Notes under the pieces: model-generated
Databases searched by the model: none
What the model was told of the DNA's origin: nothing
The model's input: only the letters and a program-made list of their open reading frames with translations
Position numbers and translations under genes: made by a program
Source of the DNA: a bacterium
GTDB lineage: Bacteria > Cyanobacteriota > Vampirovibrionia > Gastranaerophilales > UBA9971
Direction: 5' to 3'
NCBI GenBank assembly: GCA_037147175.1
Contig: JBAWVS010000006.1
Coordinates: 657 to 64,656 of the forward strand
Length of the DNA stretch: 64,000 bases
Shown here: positions 28,850 through 39,535 of the stretch, one piece after another
How the letters are laid out: each line of letters starts with the position of its first letter
How positions within the stretch are numbered: the stretch's first letter is position 1

Positions 28850-29942
28850 AACCTGTTTCTAATTTATCAAAAACGGTTTTAACATCTTGGGTTCTTGATT
28901 TATCACAAACCAGAACGGCGTCTTCTGTTTCTATTATAACTAAGTTTTTTACCCCTATTGCAGAAACAAGCCTGGAGGTACTATAAATATAAGAATCCTC
29001 TGTGTTTACGGCTATTACATTCCCTTTTATGAAGTTTTTGTTGGTATCTTTTTCCATAACATCATAAATCGCTTCCCACGATCCAAGATCATTCCAACCG
29101 CAGTCAACCGAGATAAGCGCAATTTTATCGGATTTTTCCATAACTGCATAATCTATTGATATTGATGGAATTGCCTGATAACTTTCTTTTTCAATAAAAT
29201 CACCTGTCAAATCAAGTTTATTCAGCCCTGCAAGCACGTCAGGAGCATTAATTTCCATTTCTTTAAGCATTGTTGAAGCTTTGAACATAAATATTCCGCT
29301 GTTCCAAAAATAATTTCCCGCTTCAATATATTTTTCTGCCGTTTCAAAATCAGGTTTTTCCTTGAATTCATCGACTTTATAACCTGATAAATTTTCATTG
29401 TCGGCAAGTTCAAAAGACTGGCAAGATAATTTTAAGTCATTATTTGTTTTTATGTAGCCGTAACCTGTTTCCGGTCTGGTCGGTTTTATTCCGAAAGTTA
29501 CGATATAACCGTTTTTGGCAAGTTCAATTCCTGATCTTACAGCATTTAAAAAGGCTTCGTTATTTTGAATAAAATGATCTGAAGGAGTTACAAATATTAT
29601 AGGATCAGAATTTTCTGTTTCGCTGTTCCTGATAAACAAAGTCGCCAAACCTATTGCAGGCGCGGTATTTCTTCCTACCGGTTCTCCCAATATTTTACAT
29701 TCATTATTATCAATCTCTTCGAGTTGGTTTTTTATTTCACTCAGGTGAAGATTATTTGTTACAGTAATTATATTTTTTGCAGGAATTACATCAATAAGCC
29801 TCAAAAAAGTTGATTGAAAAAGCGAATTTTCTCCGATTAATTTCAGTAACTGTTTTGGATAAACTTCTCTACTGAGAGGCCAGAGTCTGCTTCCGCTGCC
29901 TCCTGCCAGTATCACGCCAAAAATATTTTTATTTTCATTCAT
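28842..29942 (-). CDS. manC: Mannose-1-phosphate guanylyltransferase (nucleotidyltransferase domain only)
   Basis: ILAGGSGSRLWPLSR..YPKQ signature, with no C-terminal cupin/PMI domain. 8-bp convergent overlap with the GGDEF gene. Confidence 0.85.
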   Translation of the reverse strand: MNENKNIFGVILAGGSGSRLWPLSREVYPKQLLKLIGENSLFQSTFLRLIDVIPAKNIITVTNNLHLSEIKNQLEEIDNNECKILGEPVGRNTAPAIGLATLFIRNSETENSDPIIFVTPSDHFIQNNEAFLNAVRSGIELAKNGYIVTFGIKPTRPETGYGYIKTNNDLKLSCQSFELADNENLSGYKVDEFKEKPDFETAEKYIEAGNYFWNSGIFMFKASTMLKEMEINAPDVLAGLNKLDLTGDFIEKESYQAIPSISIDYAVMEKSDKIALISVDCGWNDLGSWEAIYDVMEKDTNKNFIKGNVIAVNTEDSYIYSTSRLVSAIGVKNLVIIETEDAVLVCDKSRTQDVKTVFDKLETGFK

Positions 29943-30255
29943 TTTTTTAAAAATCCTTTATTATTGAGTATATTCTAACTTAATGAATTTTTTTATCAAC
30001 TATTCTTATATTCATAACAGAAAGAAAATAAATTTAAGATTATATATTTTAATTTAATAAATTTTGAATTTTTTTTAGTGCTAAAATTAGTGCTGAAGAG
30101 GCAATTATTTCAAAGAAAAATTACTCTATTAAAGGAATTGTTCAACCTCAATTGGCTATTTCAATTTCTATACAAAAAAAACAACTCAAATAATAGTTAT
30201 GTAGCTTTTATAAAGCTCTATAAAACATGTTAAATTTCAGAAAGGACAAAACTAA

Positions 30256-32010
30256 ATGTTTTCCTCTTATTTGCCATTTTCAGCCCTAAGAGATAAATTT
30301 AATGAAGGCTACTCATTAAAAGACTTTAGATCAGATGTTATAGCCGGAATAATAGTTGCTTTAATTGCTATGCCATTGGGTATGTCCTTATCTATTGCTG
30401 TAGGACTGTCTCCCCAGTACGGATTGTACACTGTAATAATTGCAGGATTTGTAATTGCACTTTTAGGCGGTTCAAGATTTCAGGTAAGCGGGCCTACTGC
30501 TGCTTTTATTGCAGTATTGTTACCGATAGTTCAAACCAAAGGATATGTTGGTCTGGCATTGTGCGGTTTTATTGCGGGAATAATACTGCTTATAATGGGT
30601 TTTTCCCATTTTGGCAAGGTTATTCAATATATTCCCTACCCTGTAACTATTGGCTTTACTTCAGGTATCGGGTTTATTATTTTTACTATCCAAATAAAAG
30701 ATTTTTTAGGATTAAAAATTAATTCAATTCCTATTCATTTTACAGAAAGAGTCGCTTCTTATATAGCTCATATTCATAGTTTTTCTTTAGCAGAAAGCCT
30801 TATCGGTTTATTTACTTTAACAGGTTTAATTCTATGGAGAAAAAGTCGGATAAAATTCCCTGCACCTGTTGTTATATTACCGATTATGACGCTTATAGTG
30901 TATTTATTAAATCACTTTGTTCCTGATTTACATGTGGCGACTATATTAAATACTTTTTCTACCAAAATAAAAGGAAATGTAATACATGGAATTCCGCAAG
31001 TTTTACCTGAATTTAATATAGGCAAAATTTTTATACAGAGTCATATCACACAATATTTTACCAATATTGAAATGTTTAAAGACCTGATTATGCCGGCATT
31101 TACTATCGCAATACTTGCCGTTACGGAGACACTTTTGTCTGCTGTTGTGGCAGATGGAATGACAAATACCAGACATGATCCAAACGCAGAAATAACAGCA
31201 CTTGGCTTTGGTAATATTTGTTGCGCTTTATTCGGAGGGATTCCCGCTACAGGCGCAATTGCAAGAACTGCCGTAAATATTAAATTTGGTGCTAAGTCGC
31301 CTATAGCCTGTATAATTCATTCCCTGTTTACGCTTGTTTCTGTTTTGTGTTTTGCTCCAATTATTTCAAATATCCCTATGGCCTCTCTTGCCGCATTATT
31401 AATGTTGGTTGCTTATGATATGGCTGAAATCAGAAGAGTTTTACGAATTATAAAAGTAGGGACTAAAAGCGATATAATCGTTCTGTTCAGCTGCTTCAGC
31501 ATTACAGTACTGTTTGATATGGTAATTGGCGTTACTATCGGGCTTATTTTAGCCTGCTTAATGTTTATAAGAAGAATGTCAGAAGTCTCCAGCGGAAAAA
31601 TGATTGAAATAAATAATATTCATTCCTCATCATTAGATATTCCTAAAGATGTATTTATTTATAAAATTAATGGTCCTTTATTTTTCGGTTCGGCAGATAA
31701 AGTTATAAATATAGTGGATAGTTTCATAAAAGACGTAAATTATGTGATTTTTATAATGGATACAGTGCCAAGCATGGACATTTCGGGTTTTATTTCATTA
31801 AAAAATACGATCAAGGACTTGCAGGATAATAAAAAACATGTTGCCTTTGTCGGATTGCAAAAACAGCCTTTAAGATTTTTCAAAAAATCAAACTTAATTA
31901 CTGAAAATTCAGTTGTAAAAAATTATAAAACGCTGGAGGAAGCAATAAATTCAGGCAGAGCTGAAATTAATAACAGCCTGAAACCACAAGAAATTCTGAT
32001 TGGTCAATAA
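30256..32010 (+). CDS. SulP-family anion permease with a C-terminal STAS domain
   Basis: A typical SulP N-terminus (DV.AGI.VA.IA.P..M) with many TM helices. The STAS region is INGPLFFGSADK. Confidence 0.9.
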   Translation: MFSSYLPFSALRDKFNEGYSLKDFRSDVIAGIIVALIAMPLGMSLSIAVGLSPQYGLYTVIIAGFVIALLGGSRFQVSGPTAAFIAVLLPIVQTKGYVGLALCGFIAGIILLIMGFSHFGKVIQYIPYPVTIGFTSGIGFIIFTIQIKDFLGLKINSIPIHFTERVASYIAHIHSFSLAESLIGLFTLTGLILWRKSRIKFPAPVVILPIMTLIVYLLNHFVPDLHVATILNTFSTKIKGNVIHGIPQVLPEFNIGKIFIQSHITQYFTNIEMFKDLIMPAFTIAILAVTETLLSAVVADGMTNTRHDPNAEITALGFGNICCALFGGIPATGAIARTAVNIKFGAKSPIACIIHSLFTLVSVLCFAPIISNIPMASLAALLMLVAYDMAEIRRVLRIIKVGTKSDIIVLFSCFSITVLFDMVIGVTIGLILACLMFIRRMSEVSSGKMIEINNIHSSSLDIPKDVFIYKINGPLFFGSADKVINIVDSFIKDVNYVIFIMDTVPSMDISGFISLKNTIKDLQDNKKHVAFVGLQKQPLRFFKKSNLITENSVVKNYKTLEEAINSGRAEINNSLKPQEILIGQ

Positions 32011-32215
32011 TTTTGCCTGTTTAAAATTATTATTTGCAGTATTCACGGCTATCTATCAATTAAGATTAAAGATTTTCTTCTTGCGGAAAAGATTTTTTGA
32101 TTTTCTTTGTAATCAAATGTAAAATAGTTTTATAATTATAAAATTACTGTCTATAGCATATAAAAATAAAAGAATACGGCTCAGATAAACAGACGATTAA
32201 TAACGAGATTTATTT

Positions 32216-34720
32216 ATGTCAGATAAAAAACATTTTTTAACTATTCACGGGCATTTTTACCAACCGCCGAGAGAAAATCCCTGGCTGGAATCAATAGAAC
32301 TTCAGGACAGTGCGCTTCCTTTTCACGATTGGAATGCCAGAATCGCACAGGAATGCTACACTCCAAATTCGGTTTCCAGAATAGTCAACTCTAAAAATCA
32401 GGTTATTGACATAGTCAACAACTATGAGCTGATAAATTTTAATTTTGGTGCGACTCTTTTGTCATGGCTCGAAGTCAATGCACCAAAAACCTATGAAAGA
32501 ATAATAAAAGCCGATCAAAACAGCGCAAAAAAACATTCGGGACACGGAAATGCCATTGCGCAAGTTTATAACCATATGATTATGCCGCTTTCTAACGAAA
32601 GAGATAAATATACGCAGATGATATGGGGGATTAAAGATTTTCAGCATAGATTCGGTCGCTTCCCTGAAGGAATTTGGCTCGCGGAAACTGCTATTGATTA
32701 CGATACATTAAAAGTACTGGCAGATTGCGACATAAAATATACAGTTCTCTCTCCTTTTCAATCGCAAAGGGTAAAACCAATAAAAGGCGACGGAAACTCA
32801 TGGACAGACGTAAGCTGGGGAAATGTAGACCCCGGTCAAGCATACAGGTGTTTTTTGAAGGACGGAACTGACAGGCATGTTGATTTGTTTTTCTATGATG
32901 GTTCTGTTTCCAAGTCTGTAGCTTTTGATAATCTCTTAACAAACGGAGATGCTTTTATAGGACGAATGAAAGACGGAGTTTCTTATGCAAGAAACTATGA
33001 CCAGCTTGTAAATATAGCAACAGACGGCGAAAGCTACGGTCATCATACAATGCTGGGGAATATGGCTTTGTCCTACGCTCTTAAGAAAAAAATTGAACAG
33101 TCAGGCTTAATTTTAACCAACTACAGCGAGTTTCTTGAGAAATATCCCCCTGTAATGGAAGTCGAAATAAAACCTGTTTCCTCATGGAGTTGCAGCCATG
33201 GCGTCGGTAGATGGATGGAAGACTGCGGTTGCTCTACAGGTGCAGATTCCGGCTGGAATCAAAAATGGAGAAAACCTCTAAGAAAAGCTCTTGATTGGTT
33301 AAGAGATGAATTAATGGTAATTTATGAAAAAAATGCCGCCAAATATTTAAAAGACCCGTGGAAAGCAAGAAATCGCTATATAGACGTAATCCTTGACAGA
33401 AATAAATCAACAATCGAACTTTTCTGCGCGCATGAAGCCTCTAAAAAGCTTAACCAAAGCGAAATGGTGAGCGTAATGAAACTTTTAGAAATGCAAAGAT
33501 ATGCAATGCTTATGTACACAAGCTGCGGATGGTTTTTTGCCGATATTTCAGGAATTGAAACCGTACAAATTCTTAAATATGCCGCAAGGGCAATGCAAAT
33601 TGCAGAAGAATTTCAGGAAATCGACCTTGAAACAAAATTTCTTCAGATTCTTTCAGAAGCTTGCAGCAATATTAAAAAATTCGGTTCAGGAAAAGATATT
33701 TACATGAAGTTTGTAAAACCTTCGATAGTTAGCGTTAAACAGGTAGTAAGCCACTGGGCAATAAGCTCTCTGTTTGAAGAATACGAGAAAGAAGCCGAAG
33801 TTTACTGTTATAACATAAAAACTCTTGATTATAAGAAAGCAAAAAAAGGAGATACAAGGCTTATAATAGGCAGAATTGAAATAAATTCGAATGTTACGTT
33901 TGAACAGCACGACATGATTTTTGCCCTGCTGCATTTTGGCGGAGAAGATTTTCATTGTGTAATCAGAGGTTTTGCAGGAAAACTTGAATACAACAAGATT
34001 AAAGACAACCTGATTGAAAAATACAATACTCTGCCTCTTACTGAAGTTATTAGGGGGCTTGATGAGTACTTTGGCAAAGAATATTTTACTCTTAAAAACC
34101 TGTTTATAGAAGAACGTCGAAAAATTATTAATATTCTTATTGAAGATAAACTTGAAGAGTTTGCAAGCACCTATAAAAATCTCTACGATGAAGCCAGAGG
34201 TCCTATTATGCAGCTCAGCGAGCTCGACCTTCAGATTCCTGAAGAATTTAAAATTGCAGCTGAATATGCTTTAAGCAATTCCTTTAACTCGCTTATTCTG
34301 GATGCTGATGATATTGAAAGTATTGACCTGCTTCAATCTTTGGTAGATATAAGCAAAGATGCAAGCAGGATAGGCATACAGCTTGATACAAAACCGACTA
34401 AAGAAATATACAGCGAATATGTCACAAATAAAGTTGAGATGCTTGCTGAAAGTAATAAAATTAAAGAATTCGAATCGCTTATAAAAGTATTAAATATGAT
34501 TGATAAACTTGATTTGAAACTCAATTTTTCAGAAGCTCAAAATTTTTATTTCAGCAATATTTATGCCAAAATCCCTCAGCTTATAGAAGATTTAAAGAAT
34601 TCCAAAGATCTTGCAGAGGATAAAAGGTTTATTGCCACTATATTAACGCTTGGAGAAAAGTTGAATTTCACGGTAGAAGAGTATACAGGCAGTTTAAATA
34701 AAGCAACAGCCCATATATAA
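32216..34720 (+). CDS. Glycoside hydrolase family 57 protein with a long C-terminal extension (DUF3536-like)
   Basis: The GH57 N-terminal signature HGHFYQPPRENPW and the catalytic-region motif WLAETA. About 830 aa. Confidence 0.8.
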   Translation: MSDKKHFLTIHGHFYQPPRENPWLESIELQDSALPFHDWNARIAQECYTPNSVSRIVNSKNQVIDIVNNYELINFNFGATLLSWLEVNAPKTYERIIKADQNSAKKHSGHGNAIAQVYNHMIMPLSNERDKYTQMIWGIKDFQHRFGRFPEGIWLAETAIDYDTLKVLADCDIKYTVLSPFQSQRVKPIKGDGNSWTDVSWGNVDPGQAYRCFLKDGTDRHVDLFFYDGSVSKSVAFDNLLTNGDAFIGRMKDGVSYARNYDQLVNIATDGESYGHHTMLGNMALSYALKKKIEQSGLILTNYSEFLEKYPPVMEVEIKPVSSWSCSHGVGRWMEDCGCSTGADSGWNQKWRKPLRKALDWLRDELMVIYEKNAAKYLKDPWKARNRYIDVILDRNKSTIELFCAHEASKKLNQSEMVSVMKLLEMQRYAMLMYTSCGWFFADISGIETVQILKYAARAMQIAEEFQEIDLETKFLQILSEACSNIKKFGSGKDIYMKFVKPSIVSVKQVVSHWAISSLFEEYEKEAEVYCYNIKTLDYKKAKKGDTRLIIGRIEINSNVTFEQHDMIFALLHFGGEDFHCVIRGFAGKLEYNKIKDNLIEKYNTLPLTEVIRGLDEYFGKEYFTLKNLFIEERRKIINILIEDKLEEFASTYKNLYDEARGPIMQLSELDLQIPEEFKIAAEYALSNSFNSLILDADDIESIDLLQSLVDISKDASRIGIQLDTKPTKEIYSEYVTNKVEMLAESNKIKEFESLIKVLNMIDKLDLKLNFSEAQNFYFSNIYAKIPQLIEDLKNSKDLAEDKRFIATILTLGEKLNFTVEEYTGSLNKATAHI

Positions 34721-34730
34721 TTATGAGCTG

Positions 34731-35027
34731 TTAATCGGTTTCTAAATCTTTTTTATACTTATTTATTATAAATTCAGCTATTGCTCTCTGTAACATAGGC
34801 TCAGCCACCCTAAAATACTCCATCGCTATACTTAATCCACTGTCTTCATCATACCACCTACGGAATAATACAACAGGCACTTCTTTAACTTCAATGTTTA
34901 ATGATTTTGCTTTATTGATAATAGCTTGTGCAACTTTTTTTCTCATAAACGGACTCGATTTTTCCAAATAGTCCATGGCAAGACATATTACGGGATCCTG
35001 ATCGTACCATCTCTTTAAAAAATCCAT
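34731..35027 (-). CDS. Small hypothetical protein made of two tandem RWYD-motif repeats (98 aa)
   Basis: FLKRWYDQDPVICLAMDYLEKSSPFMRKKVAQAIINK and LFRRWYDEDSGLSIAMEYFRVAEPMLQRAIAEFIINK. The track start (35090) is a TTG, so the ATG at 35027 is preferred. Confidence 0.6.
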   Translation of the reverse strand: MDFLKRWYDQDPVICLAMDYLEKSSPFMRKKVAQAIINKAKSLNIEVKEVPVVLFRRWYDEDSGLSIAMEYFRVAEPMLQRAIAEFIINKYKKDLETD

Positions 35028-35127
35028 TTTCTTCCAACCTTTATTATCTCTAACATTTATTATACATATATTCCCTTTTTGGTAAAACAAGTAACAAAAA
35101 TTTTCGAGTTTATTGAAACTTTAATAT

Positions 35128-36576
35128 TTAATTAATAATTCCTATAGATCCGAGCTGATGAATTCTCAGAAAATTTGTTTTTCCTGCGGTTATACAGGGA
35201 AGACCTCCTGTAATAATTACTTTATCTCCTGAATCGAGAAAGGTTTCTTCTATCAATATTGAATCAATTTCTTTAAGCATTTCTTCGGTAAAATTTGGCT
35301 GAAGATTCATCTTATAGGGATAAACACCCCAGAAAAGATTTAATCTCCTACAAATTTGTTCATCATCAGAAATTGAAATTATAGGAACCGTTGGTTTTGA
35401 CTTTGACAAAAGCTTTGCGGTATAGCCCGTTCTTGTAAGTGCAACGATTGCACTAATTTCAACCTCAGGAATCATTTTAATAACAGCAGAAACAATTGCT
35501 TGAGAATCAAGTTCATACACATCATCGCTGATTTTAGGAACTTTGTTAAAATGCCCCAAATTACTTGCTTCGACATTTTGAGAAATTTTCACCATCATTT
35601 CGACGGCTTCTGTCGCATACTGCCCTACAGCAGTTTCTCCTGAAAGCATAACAGCATCAGTCCCGTCTATAATCGCATTTGCAACGTCACTTGCTTCTGC
35701 TCTTGTAGGAAGAGGTTGTTCAATCATTGATTCAAGCATTTGAGTTGCAGTTATTACAGGTTTTCTATGGAGATTGGCTTCATGTATGATTGATTTTTGG
35801 ACTAGTGGAACAAGTTCAGGAGAAATTTCAATCCCAAGGTCGCCTCTGGCTACCATTACACCATCCGAAACATAAATAATAGAAGCTAAATTCTCTACTG
35901 CCTGCGGTTTTTCAATTTTGGCAATGATAGGTATATTCCCGTTAAATTGCTTTACATAAGCCTTAGCAGCGATTATATCTTCTTTATCACGTACAAAGGA
36001 AAGGGCAAGATAATCAACATCGTTTTCAACAGCAAATTTTATATATTCTACGTCTCTGTCTGTGATCGCAGAAACACTTTTAGATGCGGAATTAGGTATA
36101 TTTAATCCTTTTCTGGATTTTAACAATCCGCCTCTAAGAACTCTTGTTTTTATGCTGTCAGAATATATTTCCTTTACAACCAGTTCTAATTTTCCGTCAT
36201 CTAAAAGAAGGTGGTCTTCTTTTTTAACGTCTTGTATTATCCCTGCATAATCCACAGGAATAACATCTGGTTCATTACTTTCCACGCCGGGTTTTAAAAT
36301 AATTTCTTCGTCATTTTTCAGATCTACAGGTTCTGACAGTGTTCCAATCCTTATTTTTGGTCCTTGAAGGTCAAGAATAATTGCAATGTATTCTTTCAAC
36401 TCTTTTGAAATTCGTCTGATTTTTTCTATTCTTGCTCTGTGAATTTCCGGTGTTCCGTGAGAGGAATTTATCCTGAAAATCCTTGCTCCTGATTTTATAA
36501 GATCGGCTATTTTTTCATCACTTTCGGAGCTGGGACCAATTGTTGCCACTATTTTAGTTTTTATAAAAATTGTCAT
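35128..36576 (-). CDS. pyk: Pyruvate kinase
   Basis: TKIVATIGP, MVARGDLGIEI and a C-terminal alpha/beta domain. Confidence 0.95.
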   Translation of the reverse strand: MTIFIKTKIVATIGPSSESDEKIADLIKSGARIFRINSSHGTPEIHRARIEKIRRISKELKEYIAIILDLQGPKIRIGTLSEPVDLKNDEEIILKPGVESNEPDVIPVDYAGIIQDVKKEDHLLLDDGKLELVVKEIYSDSIKTRVLRGGLLKSRKGLNIPNSASKSVSAITDRDVEYIKFAVENDVDYLALSFVRDKEDIIAAKAYVKQFNGNIPIIAKIEKPQAVENLASIIYVSDGVMVARGDLGIEISPELVPLVQKSIIHEANLHRKPVITATQMLESMIEQPLPTRAEASDVANAIIDGTDAVMLSGETAVGQYATEAVEMMVKISQNVEASNLGHFNKVPKISDDVYELDSQAIVSAVIKMIPEVEISAIVALTRTGYTAKLLSKSKPTVPIISISDDEQICRRLNLFWGVYPYKMNLQPNFTEEMLKEIDSILIEETFLDSGDKVIITGGLPCITAGKTNFLRIHQLGSIGIIN

Positions 36577-36609
36577 TAAGTTTAGTTTCCTTTTTTCTAA
36601 TTTTTTTCC

Positions 36610-37371
36610 TTATAACAAATCAAGGAATTTATGTACTTGCGGAATTACCCTCACATCATTTAATTTTTTCAGAAATTTTTCCTGAATTTCCAGAATATTT
36701 CGTGAAGAAAGCAAAAGTTCTGTATTTTCAGAGCTTACAGGCTGCAAAATAAGCGGAATTTGTTTCTCAAAACTTTTCATAAAGTTTGATATTTCATTAA
36801 TTTCTTCATTTGAAATTCTGCCCGTAATTACTGCCTTTGCAAAAATCTCTTTATTGTATTTTTTGGCTGTTTCTATGAACTTTTTATGTTTTTCAAAAGG
36901 AAACTCATCGCCTGTCGAGGATTTCAATTTTAAATCCATTGAAATTATGTCTATATTTTCCATGATTAGTACTAATTCGTCAATAAGAGTCCCGTTTGTT
37001 TCCAGATAAATTTTTATTTTGGGAAATAAATTTTTAAATTCCGTCAGAAATTCTTTTAAGAAAGCACAATGTAAAAGCGGCTCCCCGCCTGTAAGACTTA
37101 TGCTATGATGTGAAATTTCGTTTAAATCAGAAATTTCTCGAATAAGCTGCACAGCAGAAACAGGATTTTTAAGTTTTTTAAACTGCTCATTCTCAGAAGG
37201 AGAGCAAATTACTTCTAAATTGCAGAATTCTTGTTTGTCAAAAGGGGTATCGCAATAATCACATTTGAGATTGCATCCCGCAAACCTTATAAAAATTTGC
37301 CGACAACCAATATAAGGCCCCTCGCCTTGAATTGATGAAAATATTTCAATTATATTTGCATTTTTAGCCAT
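36610..37371 (-). CDS. queE: 7-carboxy-7-deazaguanine synthase-like radical-SAM enzyme
   Basis: EIFSSIQGEGPYIGCRQIFIRFAGCNLKCDYCDT is the typical QueE N-terminus and cluster motif. Confidence 0.75.
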   Translation of the reverse strand: MAKNANIIEIFSSIQGEGPYIGCRQIFIRFAGCNLKCDYCDTPFDKQEFCNLEVICSPSENEQFKKLKNPVSAVQLIREISDLNEISHHSISLTGGEPLLHCAFLKEFLTEFKNLFPKIKIYLETNGTLIDELVLIMENIDIISMDLKLKSSTGDEFPFEKHKKFIETAKKYNKEIFAKAVITGRISNEEINEISNFMKSFEKQIPLILQPVSSENTELLLSSRNILEIQEKFLKKLNDVRVIPQVHKFLDLL

Positions 37372-37391
37372 TTTTTTAAAAAAATTCTTCC

Positions 37392-38525
37392 TTAATTAAA
37401 AACTATACCATCTCTGGGATTAAATTTTCGAATTTTTGCAAGTTCTAAATAAAGCTCTTTTTCCTTCTGCGTAAGATTAGATGGAATTTCAATTCTTACG
37501 GTTACAAGCTGATCTCCCCTTTTAGCCGTATTGGCATCAGGAATCCCCTCTCCTGAAAGACGAAATCTTTGCCCTGCCTGTGTTTCTGGAGGAATTTTCA
37601 TACTTAGCTGTCCATCTATGGTGGGAACAAATATTTCTGCTCCCAAAGCTGCTTCTGTCGGGGTAATGGGTATTTCACAAAGTACGTTAAGATTTTCAAA
37701 TTCAAATATTGAATTTTTAATTATACTTACAACAAGAAAAAGATCGCCGTTTGCCCCGCCGTTTTGTCCCTGATTTCCTTCTTCGGCTATTCTTATTTTT
37801 GAACCTTCCGTAACATTAGCAGGAATTTTAACAGAGATTTTTTTGTGATTTGAAATCTCACCATTACCTTTGCATGAAGGGCATTGGATATTATTCAAGT
37901 ATCTTTTGCCTCTGCATTTAGGGCAACTTTCTGTATGAAGTATATTAATCTTTCTTATAGTGCCATTATGAGCCTCAACAATTGTAATACTTACGTCTAC
38001 CGTTATATCATCGCCTTTTTTAGACTCGGGTTTCGGGGGTTCTTTCTGTTTTTCTTGAGACGGCTTAGGTTTTTGTGTTTGTCCTTTTTCAAGTACTTTA
38101 TCAACAAAATCGGAAAACATATCTCCAAAAGGGCGTTTTTCTGTTTCCGGCTTTGGTTTTGCGGAAGATTTTTTTTGTTCCGAATAAGCCTCAGAAGCCT
38201 GTTTTTTGGCTTGTTCACTTGTATTTGACTTTTTTTGACTTATTCCTCTTAAAAGATTATATTGTTCCCTGCGTGTTTCATCGCCTAAAACAGAATAGGC
38301 TTCGCCGATTTCCTTAAATTTTTCTTCACTGAGTTTGTTTCCCTGATTGGTATCAGGGTGATATTTTCTTGCAAGAGACCTGTAAGCTGATTTTACTTCT
38401 TTTTTATCAGCTGAAGAATTTATGCCGAGTATTTTGTAATAGTCTTTATCCTTATTCAAAAAAACAGTCCCCATTAGATACTTTTTCTTATTAAACATTT
38501 TACTAATTTCTTTTATATAATCCAA
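37392..38525 (-). CDS. dnaJ: DnaJ-family co-chaperone, atypical (Lys/Pro/Glu-rich linker, only two CxxC motifs)
   Basis: J domain DYYKILGI...YRSLARKYHPDTN, zinc region CPKCRGKR...CPSCKGNG, and a C-terminal substrate-binding domain. Start is uncertain: TTG at 38525, internal ATGs at 38498 and 38474. Confidence 0.8.
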   Translation of the reverse strand: MDYIKEISKMFNKKKYLMGTVFLNKDKDYYKILGINSSADKKEVKSAYRSLARKYHPDTNQGNKLSEEKFKEIGEAYSVLGDETRREQYNLLRGISQKKSNTSEQAKKQASEAYSEQKKSSAKPKPETEKRPFGDMFSDFVDKVLEKGQTQKPKPSQEKQKEPPKPESKKGDDITVDVSITIVEAHNGTIRKINILHTESCPKCRGKRYLNNIQCPSCKGNGEISNHKKISVKIPANVTEGSKIRIAEEGNQGQNGGANGDLFLVVSIIKNSIFEFENLNVLCEIPITPTEAALGAEIFVPTIDGQLSMKIPPETQAGQRFRLSGEGIPDANTAKRGDQLVTVRIEIPSNLTQKEKELYLELAKIRKFNPRDGIVFN

Positions 38526-38717
38526 TAATCCTAAAATATGATGTTGCTCAAGCAGGTAAATGAATTTTTTTATAGACTTAGTACAATCATCTTGTGCCTA
38601 AAACCGTGTAATATTTGTATATAAAGGATTGACTTGACAGATTTAAGTTATACGATAAAAAATAGAAAAATGTACTTTCATGGTTTTGAGGTATGTCTAA
38701 AATTAGGGTTTTAAACA

Positions 38718-39452
38718 ATGCCTGAAATTTCTTCCCAAAATATAACACCAATAGTAAATGTTAAGGTTGATAATACCGCTAATAATACTGCGGGATTTAG
38801 TCGTGCTTTGACAAACAAAGAACATACAGCAGAAACTGACGCACAAATTAGATTCACAAATCCTGATATGTTTTCTTCAGAAACGGCTCAAAAAAATAAA
38901 TCCCAGATACCGTCACCTCTTGAAAACTCATTAAAAAACCAGACGACGCTTCAAATGTTGCCTTCAAAAATGGCTGATGAGCTTATGTTAATTCAGCAAA
39001 AAGTAGACAAAAATAAACAAATATTTATTGATATCAGCGATAAACTTGCTGCTATTTACGGGGAGAAAGAAAAAGACGTTAAAGATAAGCTTTCTGATGT
39101 GTTCAAAAAGCTTGTTTTGCGGCCTTTTAATCTGGTTTCCGAAATAGATACCTCTATGGGACAAAAAGAACACAATAAAGAAAAAAAATTAAAAGACAGA
39201 GAACCTGAAAAACAAAGTCACAAAGTAATTGAAGCTCAAAAAAAATTCTCTTTTAAACAATGGATTAATTATAAATTACTTGAAATAGCGGGAGAAATTT
39301 TAAATTTAAAACGCAAATTTGCAGCCGGAATTAAAAGAAAAAAAAATAATATTAAAAGGGCTGTTTATAAAATGTTTAAAAATTTAAAAGGACAAATAGT
39401 CTCTACACTTAATAGAATAGACTCTTTGCTTGAATCCGATTCAAAAAAATAA
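38718..39452 (+). CDS. Lys-rich hypothetical protein
   Basis: ORF only. No recognisable motif. The C-terminal half is basic and helical. Confidence 0.5.
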   Translation: MPEISSQNITPIVNVKVDNTANNTAGFSRALTNKEHTAETDAQIRFTNPDMFSSETAQKNKSQIPSPLENSLKNQTTLQMLPSKMADELMLIQQKVDKNKQIFIDISDKLAAIYGEKEKDVKDKLSDVFKKLVLRPFNLVSEIDTSMGQKEHNKEKKLKDREPEKQSHKVIEAQKKFSFKQWINYKLLEIAGEILNLKRKFAAGIKRKKNNIKRAVYKMFKNLKGQIVSTLNRIDSLLESDSKK

Positions 39453-39535
39453 ATCAATTAAAAAAAGGATTAAAAAGAACTACGATATATTAGATAATTA
39501 ATTCATGATGCCAAAATAATATAGATTCGGGGAAA

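Noticed and set aside
30075-30094. TTAGTGCTAA ... TTAGTGCT, resembling half-sites of the CIRCE (HrcA) operator.
   Set aside because: The two copies are direct repeats, not inverted. The TTAGCACTC half is missing. The site is upstream of a SulP permease, not a chaperone gene.
37884-38317. Three overlapping ORFs of 71-114 aa on both strands inside dnaJ.
   Set aside because: They are artefacts of the Lys/Pro/Glu-rich low-complexity linker region of dnaJ, which stays open in several frames.
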